The position numbers and the translations under genes are program-made. This document shows, one piece after another, positions 29,545 through 39,477 of a DNA stretch of 64,000 nucleotides. The stretch is from positions 12,272-76,271 of the forward strand of contig CAZOYD010000009.1 in NCBI GenBank assembly GCA_964583985.1, written 5' to 3'. The DNA comes from an uncultured archaeon. Lineage in GTDB: Archaea > Asgardarchaeota > Lokiarchaeia > Sigyniarchaeales > SOKP01. Below the pieces are notes generated by a model that was given only the letters and a program-made list of their open reading frames with translations, did no database searches and had not been told where the DNA came from. Numbering within the stretch: position 1 is the stretch's first letter; every line of letters starts with the position of its first letter.

Positions 29545-30438
29545 ATGAATAAAAAGGTCATATTCTCCGCAAGACAAAGCCATGATGTAATTAAACAAGT
29601 TATTGATGAATTAAAAAATAATACTGAAGTGGATTTCACGTTTCATGATCCGACAAAACAATTTTTTAATCTTTCGAGAATGCCTAAAGCATTCAAAGAA
29701 GCTGATTTATTAATAATTAAAGTTAGAAATGATTGTTCTGTGGATTTACTTCATTTTGCGAGGATAAATGGTATCAAATGTTTACATGATGTTCAAACCG
29801 TATCTACATGTAAGAATAAAATAGCTCTTGACTATGCACTAAGGAGAATATTTTCCCAATACAAATCTAAATTGAAAGAATTTTCATTAGCTCAATCTTG
29901 GAATCAAAATGCGAAAAAATTAGATCAATTTAAAAAATGGGGCTCTTCTAAACTTCCTATAGTAATTAAAAGCCATTCTCAACATGATAAATATAATCGC
30001 TTTAATTTCTTGGCAAAAAATCCAGATGATTTCGATAAATTTTACGAGCGTTATAAACACTTAATTTATTATGATGTATATGTTCAAAAATTTATTGAAT
30101 GTGATGCTGTAGATAGGAAAATATATGTAATTGGAGAGAACGTATTTGGGATTAAACGAGAAAATCCAATATACCTGTATCTGAGGGATAAGCCCACGAA
30201 TATAGACGTAGATACTATCGAAAGAAAAGAATTTAAAGTTTCAGAAGAAATTAGGATGCTCGCTCATATTTTATCAAAAGAGCTAAACCTAAAAATATTT
30301 GGTTTTGACTTGATCAAACCAGTTGAAAAAGATCGTTATTATCTTATTGATTTGAATGATTTTCCGGGTTTTCAAGGAATAAAAAATGTGGAAAAAATTC
30401 TTGCTGATTACTTATTGGATTACATAAAGCAAATATAA
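29545..30438 (+). CDS. ITPK1-like inositol phosphate kinase
   Basis: VQKFI, DRKIYVIG, IFGFDLI, YYLIDLNDFPGF closely match ITPK1 signature. Confidence 0.8.
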   Translation: MNKKVIFSARQSHDVIKQVIDELKNNTEVDFTFHDPTKQFFNLSRMPKAFKEADLLIIKVRNDCSVDLLHFARINGIKCLHDVQTVSTCKNKIALDYALRRIFSQYKSKLKEFSLAQSWNQNAKKLDQFKKWGSSKLPIVIKSHSQHDKYNRFNFLAKNPDDFDKFYERYKHLIYYDVYVQKFIECDAVDRKIYVIGENVFGIKRENPIYLYLRDKPTNIDVDTIERKEFKVSEEIRMLAHILSKELNLKIFGFDLIKPVEKDRYYLIDLNDFPGFQGIKNVEKILADYLLDYIKQI

Positions 30439-30446
30439 AGGTTAAT

Positions 30447-31295
30447 TCAAATTAAGAGAGGAATTATGATAACGAACGCTATCATTCCATATAAGATGCA
30501 GAAATAACCAAAATTGATTTTCCGTGCAACCCTTAATAAAATTTCAATGGTCAGGTAGCCAACTAAGAAGCTAACGATTGTTATGACTGAAATAGTGAGA
30601 AGATCCAAGCTACCGAATATTGATCCTTCTCCAAAAAGAATATCCACTCCAATAGATGCTAAAATTACAGGAACTGACATCAAAAAACTTAACTTTAAAG
30701 AGTGATCTTGTTCATAATTTTCGACCAGCATTGTAGACACGGTTAATCCGGATCGAGAGATCCCAGGAAGAATCGCGATTCCTTGGATTAAGCCCGATAT
30801 GAATGAATCTCGGTTTAATTCTTTATTGGAAACATAATCTATTGTCTTTCTTCCATATTTCTTTTTAAAGATCAATAAGATAATACCTGTTATTATAAGA
30901 AAACTGGATATAACCAATGTAAGCAAGTCACCTTGATTTGCCGAATAGGTTCCCAAAATCAATACTCGAAAGATAAGATATAACGGAACTGCTGTTATTG
31001 CTGTTCCCAATGTTGCGATAATTATCCAATTCCTCTTTTTTATATCATTTTGATCAACTTTCACTTTACTGGGAATCAAAGACTTGATAATTCCGTAGTA
31101 ATCTTTGCGAAATTTCAATAATACTGCAAGCATGGTGCCAAAATGCAACCAGATACTCAAACTATATGCTTGTTCTGGGGATATGTTAAGAAGATTTAAT
31201 GAGACGAGCATGACTTGTCCTGAAGATGATATCGGTAACCATTCTACTAATCCTTGCAAAATTGCGATTATTATGTATTCAATCATATTTTTCAC
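30447..31295 (-). CDS. uppP: Undecaprenyl(polyprenyl)-diphosphate phosphatase BacA
   Basis: QGLVEWLPISSSG, HFGT, PGISRSG, SFLMS. Confidence 0.92.
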   Translation of the reverse strand: MKNMIEYIIIAILQGLVEWLPISSSGQVMLVSLNLLNISPEQAYSLSIWLHFGTMLAVLLKFRKDYYGIIKSLIPSKVKVDQNDIKKRNWIIIATLGTAITAVPLYLIFRVLILGTYSANQGDLLTLVISSFLIITGIILLIFKKKYGRKTIDYVSNKELNRDSFISGLIQGIAILPGISRSGLTVSTMLVENYEQDHSLKLSFLMSVPVILASIGVDILFGEGSIFGSLDLLTISVITIVSFLVGYLTIEILLRVARKINFGYFCILYGMIAFVIIIPLLI

Positions 31296-31780
31296 TTATA
31301 TTTTTTTAATCCTTTAATAATGCACGTTTTAATTTGATCTCGAGCAATTCTAAAACCTTCTAATCCCTTCATGGATGGATCTTCAATATCACCGGAATCA
31401 CCTGCAAATTCTTTCAAAGTAAATATATCAATCTCATTTTGTAGTTCTAAAAAAGAGAGAATTTCTTCCTTATGTTTATTGGTTAAAGTGAGAATTAAGT
31501 CCGCGTTTCTAATTAATTCAGCATGTTTTTTTAAATCTAATGATAATGATTGATCAGATAATTCAATTCCTTCTTCTTGCATTGCTAACTTAGCATCAAG
31601 AGAAATAAGCATTCCATCCCGAGCATTAGAGGAGATACCTCCAGAATAAACGTTCACATCAAGTTCATTAATCTTGAAAATATATTTCAAGTATCCTTCA
31701 GCCATGGGAGTTCTTGCAGTATTCACGCTACAAACAAGTAATACAGATTTATAAGGGAAATTATTGATTTTTAAATTCAT
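31292..31780 (-). CDS. Low-molecular-weight protein phosphatase (LMW-PTP/ArsC fold)
   Basis: CSVNTART (Cx5R), MAEG, DIEDP. Confidence 0.85.
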   Translation of the reverse strand: MNLKINNFPYKSVLLVCSVNTARTPMAEGYLKYIFKINELDVNVYSGGISSNARDGMLISLDAKLAMQEEGIELSDQSLSLDLKKHAELIRNADLILTLTNKHKEEILSFLELQNEIDIFTLKEFAGDSGDIEDPSMKGLEGFRIARDQIKTCIIKGLKKYK

Positions 31781-31866
31781 AGAATAGCTTAAGAAGTATT
31801 TTGATATATAAAATGAAGTAGACTATTAAATTTTAAAGGATTTATAAAAAGAGAGAAAAAATAATT

Positions 31867-32541
31867 TTACGCAAAACTTTCTTTCAACACGAACCGTATC
31901 CCCTTAATCTTCATAGTTTTAAGGGCATTTGAAATATTACCTTTTGGTATATCTATCCCTTTTGTCAAGTCTAAAATAAAATAAACTTGAAATCCAAAAT
32001 CTATACCATCCATTGCTGTCGCATAACAACAATAGTCAAGGGCTAAACCACAGATAAAAATTCTCTTTATATTGAGGGATTTAAGATAACCTGCTAAACC
32101 CGTTTCAGATTTTTTATCATTTTCAATAAAACCCGAATAACTATCAATTTCAGGACGATATCCTTTCCGAATTATCGCGTGAGCATATTCTTTTTTCAAA
32201 TCCTCAGAAAATTCAGATCCATAAGTATTTTGAATGCAGTGATCAGGCCATAACACTGGACCAATTGCTTCTGATTGATATGTATCACCGGGATGCATTC
32301 CGGGGTGATTACTTGCAAAGGATAAATGCTCTTTAGGGTGCCAATCCTGAGTTAATAAAATAGTTCCCTTGTTTTTCCTGAAATTTTCTGCAATATGATT
32401 TATTCCATCCACTATTTCATTCCCTTTTTCAACCGGTAATGAACCTCCCGGAATAAAATCATTTTGCATATCGACAATTATCAGCGCATCTTCGTGAATA
32501 ATTTCAATTTTTTTTTCTATGTTTAAATTTTCAAGGTTCAT
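31867..32541 (-). CDS. pncA: Nicotinamidase/pyrazinamidase
   Basis: VDMQNDF, QDWHP, WPDHC, DSYSGF, GLALDYC. Confidence 0.93.
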   Translation of the reverse strand: MNLENLNIEKKIEIIHEDALIIVDMQNDFIPGGSLPVEKGNEIVDGINHIAENFRKNKGTILLTQDWHPKEHLSFASNHPGMHPGDTYQSEAIGPVLWPDHCIQNTYGSEFSEDLKKEYAHAIIRKGYRPEIDSYSGFIENDKKSETGLAGYLKSLNIKRIFICGLALDYCCYATAMDGIDFGFQVYFILDLTKGIDIPKGNISNALKTMKIKGIRFVLKESFA

Positions 32542-32629
32542 TTATGACACTCATTAATTCAATATTAGTAGAAATATAGAATTTGTGTATCTTAAATATA
32601 TACTATTAAGATCATTACTTAACTCTTAT

Positions 32630-35600
32630 TCAATCCAAGTTCTTGATTAATTTAATATTAAAAGTAGCTCCTTTGTTTCTTCCTTCAGATTCTGCCCAAA
32701 TGGTTCCATCGTGTAAATCTATGATTTCTTTAGAAATAAACAATCCTAATCCAGAACCTTCAATATCTACATCGAGTTGTTGTCCATATCTTTCAATTTT
32801 ACCAAATTGCTTAAATAGATGTTCCATATCATCAATGGTTAAGCCCACTCCATTATCCTTAATCGATAAATTTATCCAATTTTCATTATCTTCTAATTTT
32901 ACTTCGATTACGCCGTTAGATGGAGTATTTTTGATTGCATTTGTTAAAATGTTTACAATAACTTGCTCTATCCTTATTCTATCGATTGTAATATAAACTG
33001 TTGGAGGATGTTGAAAAGTAATATCAAGATCACGCTCATCAAGGAGATATTTTAAGTCTTCAGCACATTCTTTAATGATCTCAACTAAATTTTCTTCTTG
33101 TAATTTCAATGTAAGTTTACCAGACTCGATTCGTGAGATGTCAAGTATATTTTCAATTAAAATTTTTAATCTTTTTCCACCTTTATAAATCATTTCAATA
33201 AACTCCAAAGCTTCATTGCAAGTGGAATCTTTATAGGTATTTAATAATATTTGAGCTCCGCCATAAATCGAATTTAGGGGTGTTTTTAGTTCATGAGAAA
33301 CACGAGAGACGATATCTGTTTTCATTTTATTAAGCTCGAGTAATCTTTTATTTTCTGTCTTGATAATCTCTTCTGCTTTTTTTCTTTTAGTAATGTCTTC
33401 AGTGATTGACTCAATTATTAAATTCTCTCCGATATTTATGAGAGAGCATTGATAAAGGATCCATAAATCCTCTCCTGATTTGTTTTTAACCTTCAAACTT
33501 AAGGGTTCAAAAATTTCTCCATTAAGCATTTTTTTCACTCTAGTTTTGAGTAAAGATACTTGTACTGGATCAAATACATTAAAAGTACTAAAATTCTTAC
33601 CAATAGCAATATGTCTTGGAATGCCAAAAATTCTATCAACTGCATTATTTTGATCTAAAATGGTTCCACGTGTATCTGTAACGACAATTGCATTTGGAGA
33701 ATTTTCAAATAAATTTCTATATTGATATTCAGATTCCCTTAATTTTTGTTGAGCAATTTTTTTATCTGTTATATCCTTAATGGAAGTAATAAAACCGATT
33801 ATATTCCCATTATCATCATAATAATTTTTAGATGTACTCGTTAACCAAATGTAATTTTTTTCATTATCTAAGATCCTGAATTCCAATACTTTATCAGGAC
33901 TGGACTTTTCTTCAATCGTTTCTCGAAAAAAAGTCGTTATTTCATGTAAATCATCCTCATGGATATGTTGAAAGAACTGATCCGTTTCTTTAAAATCCTT
34001 TCCGTTCATTTTCAATATTACGGATAATTGTGGAGATACATATTGTAATTTTCCATTCAGATCGATTATGACAATGGCATCCTTTGTATTTTCGATGATA
34101 TTTTGATATTTTTTCTCCGAATCTTTTAACTTTTCCTCAGCTCTTTTTTTTTCAGAAATGTCTTCAATAATAACTTGAATGAGTTTTTTATCTCCAATAT
34201 TAACAATTTTTGCTTGAATTTTCATCCAATTGAATTTAAGTTTTGGATTATCAACATTAATTTCAAAAGGATCTAAAATTCCATCTATTAAGACTTTTCT
34301 AAACATTTCTGTTAAAGTTTTAAGACTTTTAATTTGCATTATATCGATAGTGCTAAAATTCTTGCCAATTAAGTCATCTTTTTGATATAGTATAGTATCT
34401 AAAGCAGTTTGATTTAAATCCAAGATCTTGCCTTTAAGATCTACAAGAAAAATCATATACGGGGAATTTTCAAACAGATTTCGATATTTTTCTTCTTTTT
34501 CTTTTAATTTTTGATCAGAAATCATCTTTTCTGTAATATCAATCGACATCACTAGATCTGCAGGTCTACCTAAATATGTAATGGTTTTTGAAAATCCATC
34601 AATCCATTTAATCTCACCTGTCTTTGTGATAATACGATACTTGTATTGCTCAACAACATCTTTAGCACCAGACTCTTTTTTTTTAGCTTGTTCTAATACA
34701 AATGCTTTATCATCAGGATGAATTATTTTTACGAATTCGTAAGGTTTCCAATTTTGGATCTCTTCAAGGGTATACCCATTCAACTCTATTGCTTGTTTAT
34801 TAAGATACTTGAATATGCCATCTTGAATTATAATTATACCCATAAATGACTGCTCAGTACTGGTCCTAAATTTTTCTTCAGATTCTCTTAAATGTTGATC
34901 AGCTTTTTTTTTCTCTGTAATGTCTCTTAGTACTGTAACAACTTGGACAACTTCTCCGTTTGTAAGGATAGGGATTTTTCTAGTCTCTGTATAAATTGCA
35001 TTTCCATCAAAAACGTTACATTCTTCAGTAATCAGAGTTTTTTGCGATTCAAACACGTATTTGTATTCATCAGCTACCTTTTTTGGAAGAAATGGAAAAA
35101 GGTCAAAAGGAGTTTTACCGATTATTTCAGAAGTAAGGTCAAACTTATTGATCCATTCCATAAAAGTAGAATTGGCAATAATAATTTGTAAATTCTTATC
35201 CACGACATGTATGGGATCTCCTATTGATTCGAGAATTTTGCGATAATGCTGTTCCGATTCCTCTACTTTTTTTTCATCATCTATTTTTTGTGAAATATCT
35301 CTGACAACAAAAATGTGCTTACATCCATCTTCTTGGTTGATTAGGTCTCCCTTAGTTGAAACATTAATGTAATTTCCGTTTTTATGTTTTGCTCGATATT
35401 CAAAAGAAAAATGATGTTCATCTGCTATAGCTTTTCTCCTCGCGTTCTTAACGATTTCCAAATCATCAGGATGGACAAAACTAAGAGAATTTTTACCAAT
35501 TATCTCTTTAGGTTTGTATCCCAATATTTGATAACTTTGAGGGCTTACATATGTAAAATTTCCATTTTGATCGATTTCAACTATAACATCTAGAATATTA

Positions 35601-35662
35601 TTAATGAGTTTTTGGAATTTTTCATTAGAATTAGTAAAATCATGGCTTTGGTTCTTTATCAT
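32630..35662 (-). CDS. Cytoplasmic six-PAS sensor histidine kinase
   Basis: Six PAS/PAC repeats, SHELKTP, NAIKNT, DNGVG, GSGLGL; no TM, no receiver. Confidence 0.92.
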   Translation of the reverse strand: MIKNQSHDFTNSNEKFQKLINNILDVIVEIDQNGNFTYVSPQSYQILGYKPKEIIGKNSLSFVHPDDLEIVKNARRKAIADEHHFSFEYRAKHKNGNYINVSTKGDLINQEDGCKHIFVVRDISQKIDDEKKVEESEQHYRKILESIGDPIHVVDKNLQIIIANSTFMEWINKFDLTSEIIGKTPFDLFPFLPKKVADEYKYVFESQKTLITEECNVFDGNAIYTETRKIPILTNGEVVQVVTVLRDITEKKKADQHLRESEEKFRTSTEQSFMGIIIIQDGIFKYLNKQAIELNGYTLEEIQNWKPYEFVKIIHPDDKAFVLEQAKKKESGAKDVVEQYKYRIITKTGEIKWIDGFSKTITYLGRPADLVMSIDITEKMISDQKLKEKEEKYRNLFENSPYMIFLVDLKGKILDLNQTALDTILYQKDDLIGKNFSTIDIMQIKSLKTLTEMFRKVLIDGILDPFEINVDNPKLKFNWMKIQAKIVNIGDKKLIQVIIEDISEKKRAEEKLKDSEKKYQNIIENTKDAIVIIDLNGKLQYVSPQLSVILKMNGKDFKETDQFFQHIHEDDLHEITTFFRETIEEKSSPDKVLEFRILDNEKNYIWLTSTSKNYYDDNGNIIGFITSIKDITDKKIAQQKLRESEYQYRNLFENSPNAIVVTDTRGTILDQNNAVDRIFGIPRHIAIGKNFSTFNVFDPVQVSLLKTRVKKMLNGEIFEPLSLKVKNKSGEDLWILYQCSLINIGENLIIESITEDITKRKKAEEIIKTENKRLLELNKMKTDIVSRVSHELKTPLNSIYGGAQILLNTYKDSTCNEALEFIEMIYKGGKRLKILIENILDISRIESGKLTLKLQEENLVEIIKECAEDLKYLLDERDLDITFQHPPTVYITIDRIRIEQVIVNILTNAIKNTPSNGVIEVKLEDNENWINLSIKDNGVGLTIDDMEHLFKQFGKIERYGQQLDVDIEGSGLGLFISKEIIDLHDGTIWAESEGRNKGATFNIKLIKNLD

Positions 35663-35969
35663 ATCTCATCATTCTCATTTTTGAATTATTTTTAATTTTG
35701 ATAATATTCTATTTTCTAATCTTTAAATAGATAAATTTCTCCTCAAAGATTGACTTGTTGGAAATAAAAAATAATTTAATAAATCCACGTGAATATTAAA
35801 ATTTTTTAGGTAATAAATATCTCAATGCATCCATCACTTGATATTTTAAAACTGTTATAATCTTAACCTTAAATACATTTGTTCGTTAATTTCGTACGAA
35901 ATTCAAAGATGATTTTGATAGAAAAAAAATTTATTTAGAAATCCACATTTATTAACAATAGACTATAAA

Positions 35970-36040
35970 GCGTTCGTAGTATAGTGGTAATATGCTGGCT
36001 TCCCAAGCCAGTGTCCCGGGTTCGACTCCCGGCGATCGCA
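35970..36040 (+). tRNA. tRNA-Gly (CCC)
   Basis: Cloverleaf: GCGTTCG/CGATCGC acceptor (U4.U69 mismatch), CTGGC-TTCCCAA-GCCAG, CCGGG-TTCGACT-CCCGG, discriminator A, no encoded CCA. Confidence 0.93.
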
Positions 36041-36047
36041 TTGCTCC

Positions 36048-36071
36048 AATCCCAGAAAAATATCTGGGATT
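36048..36071. terminator. 9-bp hairpin between convergent tRNA-Gly and EF-2 paralogue
   Basis: AATCCCAGA-aaaata-TCTGGGATT. Confidence 0.45.
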
Positions 36072-36125
36072 ATCCCGAATAATATTCTGAATTTTAGGAA
36101 TAGTTGTATTTATTTATTAATCTAA

Positions 36126-38312
36126 TTACCAGGATATTCCTTTCATAAAGCGCAGATCATTAATTATTTGTATAGCTTCGTGATTGGGCACCTCCATAAA
36201 AGCATAAAACTCATTTTGCCAAAATGCTTTTCCGGAAGTTGAGGATCGAATATCTTCGGCAAATTTTATCGAATTTCGTACTGGTAAGAGTACTTCTATA
36301 ATTGCTTGATAATCCTTTTCTTGATTGATATCTTTAATTTTTGCAGAATACTTTGAAAGTAAAGTGAGCGTAGTTTTGATGTAATCGGGATGTAATTGAA
36401 TGATTGTATGATAAATTGGTTCAAGCAAGATGAGTTCAGATTCGTTTAAAGCTTTTTTAAGGGCATTATAAAACATTGTGGATAATTCTGAAAACGCATT
36501 TTCGTCATCAAGGTTGTTTATGACTAAATCCTTAATGGTAATTTTTAATCCTATTAATTTTTCTCCACACAGAGGCCCATTTGATAATATCTTACCGATA
36601 ATTTCAGCAATAGAATCTTGATACACTTGATTTAATTCGTCTTTATGATGGTAGATTATAATATTATTATCATGATATATCCAAAAGTCGTTAATTTCAT
36701 CCCCAGCTAGAGATGTAAATTCCCCCATCATTTCTTTCAATCTTGCTTTTGATTTGATTGCTGCAATTTCATGGATTCGAAAAAATCTTGATGTTTTCTC
36801 ATCGAGTCTCTCAGTTTTAAGTTTAAGCGAATTTTTATAAAGGGATGATTCTACTGAAACTATAGATGAACCATGCCTGCAGGATTCTTTAAAAACAGCT
36901 CTTGGTTCTGATGTTGATACTTTTATGCCTCTTTTTTCAAGTTCATTTGCGGTAACTTCAAGGTGTAATGGACCCATGCCAGAGAGGAGGAATTCACCAT
37001 TTTCCTCATTTACTTCAAATATTAAATTTGGATCTTCGATTAGCAAATTTTCGACGGTCTCTTTCATCGTATCTAAATCTCTTAAATATTCTGGTTCGAT
37101 AGAGACAGTAACCACAGGGGTAGAAACGTATTTTACACTTTCAAATGGAACCATTTTATCGATATAGTTCTTATTAATTATTGTCTCACCACTTTTTACA
37201 TGCTTTAACCCTTCTATAGCCACGATATTCCCAACGGGAATTTCCTCAACTTGTTCTCTCCTTTGACCCATAAAAATTGCGGTTCTTCGTATTGTGTCAA
37301 AATTATTTTCTCGTAATAAAAATACTTCTTCTTTTTTAATACAATTTCCAGAAAAAATTCTCCCAGTGGCAACTAAACCATGCTTTTCTGCTTGCACTTT
37401 ACTCAAACATATAACTAAAGGTCCATTTGGATCGCAATTAACCATAGATTTTCCAACTTCAGATGTCACATCTCCGCCCCAAATCTTACCTATTCTATAT
37501 TTCTGAGCTTCAATAGGATTAGGTAGATGATCAACAACCATTTCCAGTATTGCGTTGTGTATTGGAAAATGGAGAGTCAAGTCAGCATAGGTGTCTTTCG
37601 TATATGTTTCCTTATGGTATCGTGATCTAATATCCGAAAATTTTAATTCACTATTTTCTAAAATATTTAGGGTAAAACCCCATTTATGAAGAGCTGAGCC
37701 GAATGCAACATTTCCATCAGCAGGAGATACTTGCCATTCTTCTTTAAAAGGCTTGTCAGCGTATCTTTCAATAAGAGTATTGAAATCGTTGATAATTCTG
37801 GCATATTTTTTTCTTATTTGTTCATCTGTTAGCTTTAATTCTCGGATGAGGCGATCTACTTTATTAATATAAAGAACTGGTTTCACACCTTCTTGTAGTG
37901 CTTGTTTAATAACCGTCTCAGATTGAGAAATGATTTCCTCAACGGCATCAACAACCACAACCACTCCATCTATTAACCTTAAAGCACGAGTAACCTTGCC
38001 ACTGAAATCTAAATGACCCGGTGTATCAACAAGATTTATCAAAAAGGGATCGTGACCTTTTAGAGATTTCTCATAATACAACGAAATATTGGTAGATTTC
38101 ATGGTAATTCCACGTCTTTGCTCTTCTTCTAAATAATCTAAAGCTCGAGCTTCTCCAGCTAAATCGGGAGATAATAAACCTGCTTCACTCAAAAGAGAAT
38201 CACTTAGAGTGGTTTTTCCATGATCAATATGACCAACAAATCCGATATTTCTTATATTTTGAGTCTTTCCCATCATATCCAAAATTTCAGAAATTTCCTT
38301 ACGTTGAGGCAT
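36126..38312 (-). CDS. fusA: Elongation factor 2 paralogue (aEF-2p type, no diphthamide His)
   Basis: GHIDHGKTT, RGIT, DTPGH, NKVD, GMGPLHLE intact; domain IV loop lacks HRG; not in rps12-rps7 operon. Confidence 0.85.
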   Translation of the reverse strand: MPQRKEISEILDMMGKTQNIRNIGFVGHIDHGKTTLSDSLLSEAGLLSPDLAGEARALDYLEEEQRRGITMKSTNISLYYEKSLKGHDPFLINLVDTPGHLDFSGKVTRALRLIDGVVVVVDAVEEIISQSETVIKQALQEGVKPVLYINKVDRLIRELKLTDEQIRKKYARIINDFNTLIERYADKPFKEEWQVSPADGNVAFGSALHKWGFTLNILENSELKFSDIRSRYHKETYTKDTYADLTLHFPIHNAILEMVVDHLPNPIEAQKYRIGKIWGGDVTSEVGKSMVNCDPNGPLVICLSKVQAEKHGLVATGRIFSGNCIKKEEVFLLRENNFDTIRRTAIFMGQRREQVEEIPVGNIVAIEGLKHVKSGETIINKNYIDKMVPFESVKYVSTPVVTVSIEPEYLRDLDTMKETVENLLIEDPNLIFEVNEENGEFLLSGMGPLHLEVTANELEKRGIKVSTSEPRAVFKESCRHGSSIVSVESSLYKNSLKLKTERLDEKTSRFFRIHEIAAIKSKARLKEMMGEFTSLAGDEINDFWIYHDNNIIIYHHKDELNQVYQDSIAEIIGKILSNGPLCGEKLIGLKITIKDLVINNLDDENAFSELSTMFYNALKKALNESELILLEPIYHTIIQLHPDYIKTTLTLLSKYSAKIKDINQEKDYQAIIEVLLPVRNSIKFAEDIRSSTSGKAFWQNEFYAFMEVPNHEAIQIINDLRFMKGISW

Positions 38313-38404
38313 CCTTGCTTTATTCTCTTGTTAATTATATATAATATATTATTACACCATGATTGATTTGATTAAAATTTTAGGTTTATATGACTGCAAA
38401 AGGA

Positions 38405-38507
38405 GCGGGAAATGAGTAATCTCATTACTCAAGATCTTCTTCATTAAGTAATGGAAGATACCAATACTTTCAGTTGGGTCAGAGTCTTCAAAGATATCAT
38501 TTCCCGC
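38405..38507. ncRNA. Putative structured RNA/element closed by 11-bp perfect inverted repeat
   Basis: GCGGGAAATGA (38405-38415)/TCATTTCCCGC (38497-38507) enclosing hairpins. Confidence 0.4.
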
Positions 38508-38518
38508 ATTTTAGAGGT

Positions 38519-39154
38519 TTAAAAATTAATTTCACCTTCTACATGTACAATTCTATTCTCAATATGTAGGCGATTATCACAATATAATTCTATAGCTTTC
38601 GGGAAGATTTTATGTTCCCATTCCAAAATCCGTGAAGCTAGTATTTCTTCAGTATCTTTAGCAAATACCGGAACGCATTTCTGAATTATAATTGGTCCGT
38701 GATCCTCACTCGCGTCTACAAAGTGAACCGTGCATCCAGATACTTTTACACCATATTTAAGCGCATCTCGATGACCATGAAGTCCTTTAAATGCAGGTAG
38801 TAATGCAGGATGAATGTTCATGACCTTGCCATCAAAAGCAGCAATAAATTTTGGACTTACAAATCTCATGTAACCTACTAATACAATTAATTCACAACCA
38901 TGTTCCTTTAGCACGTTAATCATAAGTAGATCAAATTCTTCACGAGGGATATCAAGATACTTATCTGATTCTATTAAAAAATAAGGTATTTTGTGTTTTT
39001 TTGCTCTCTCCATGCAGTAAGCTCCCGGTTTATTACAAATTAACACCTCTACCGAGGCTTTTTTCTTTAAAATCCCCCCTTCGCAAGCATCAACAATTGC
39101 CTCGAAATTTGATCCGGAACCGGATGCAATCGCGCCAATCTTAACTTCTGGCAT
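38519..39154 (-). CDS. purN: Phosphoribosylglycinamide formyltransferase
   Basis: ASGSGSN, NIHPALLPAFKG, GCTVHFV, DHGPII; start ATG 39154. Confidence 0.95.
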   Translation of the reverse strand: MPEVKIGAIASGSGSNFEAIVDACEGGILKKKASVEVLICNKPGAYCMERAKKHKIPYFLIESDKYLDIPREEFDLLMINVLKEHGCELIVLVGYMRFVSPKFIAAFDGKVMNIHPALLPAFKGLHGHRDALKYGVKVSGCTVHFVDASEDHGPIIIQKCVPVFAKDTEEILASRILEWEHKIFPKAIELYCDNRLHIENRIVHVEGEINF

Positions 39155-39477
39155 AGGATTTTTTAATTTCCATGAGTTATAAAATTTTACTTCTAGATAT
39201 AATGTAATGAGATATGATAAAATTTTTATGCGATAATCCAATATAATATTTAGAGATTAATAGAATTCATTCTTAAATTCACTCTCTTGTAATAGTGATA
39301 ATATCTAAGAGATAATTATTCTATTTATACAAAATCACTGAAAATTAACTTGATATTTACCACGGAAAAAGGATTAATATAAAAAAGAGTTAAGGAAAAT
39401 AATTTTCATTGTTTACACGATTAATTATTTTCAATCAAATATTTATTTACATAAAATAATTTTAAAATCGGATTACT

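Noticed and set aside
20162-30438. ATP-grasp genes as RimK/LysX ligases or RiPP (graspetide) enzymes
   Set aside because: D rather than E in the terminal catalytic motif, MIPS context and no precursor peptide favour ITPK1-like kinases
31292-31780. LMW-PTP as the inositol-phosphate phosphatase of the island
   Set aside because: Only proximity supports it; it sits in a separate pncA-ptp-uppP run and has an ordinary LMW-PTP motif
32630-35662. Six-PAS orphan histidine kinase as a novelty
   Set aside because: Multi-PAS soluble kinases are common in these archaea; nothing unusual in the motifs
38412-38447. 11-aa ORF MSNLITQDLLH after AGGAG inside the structured element
   Set aside because: Too short to support without conservation or Ribo-seq; may be chance
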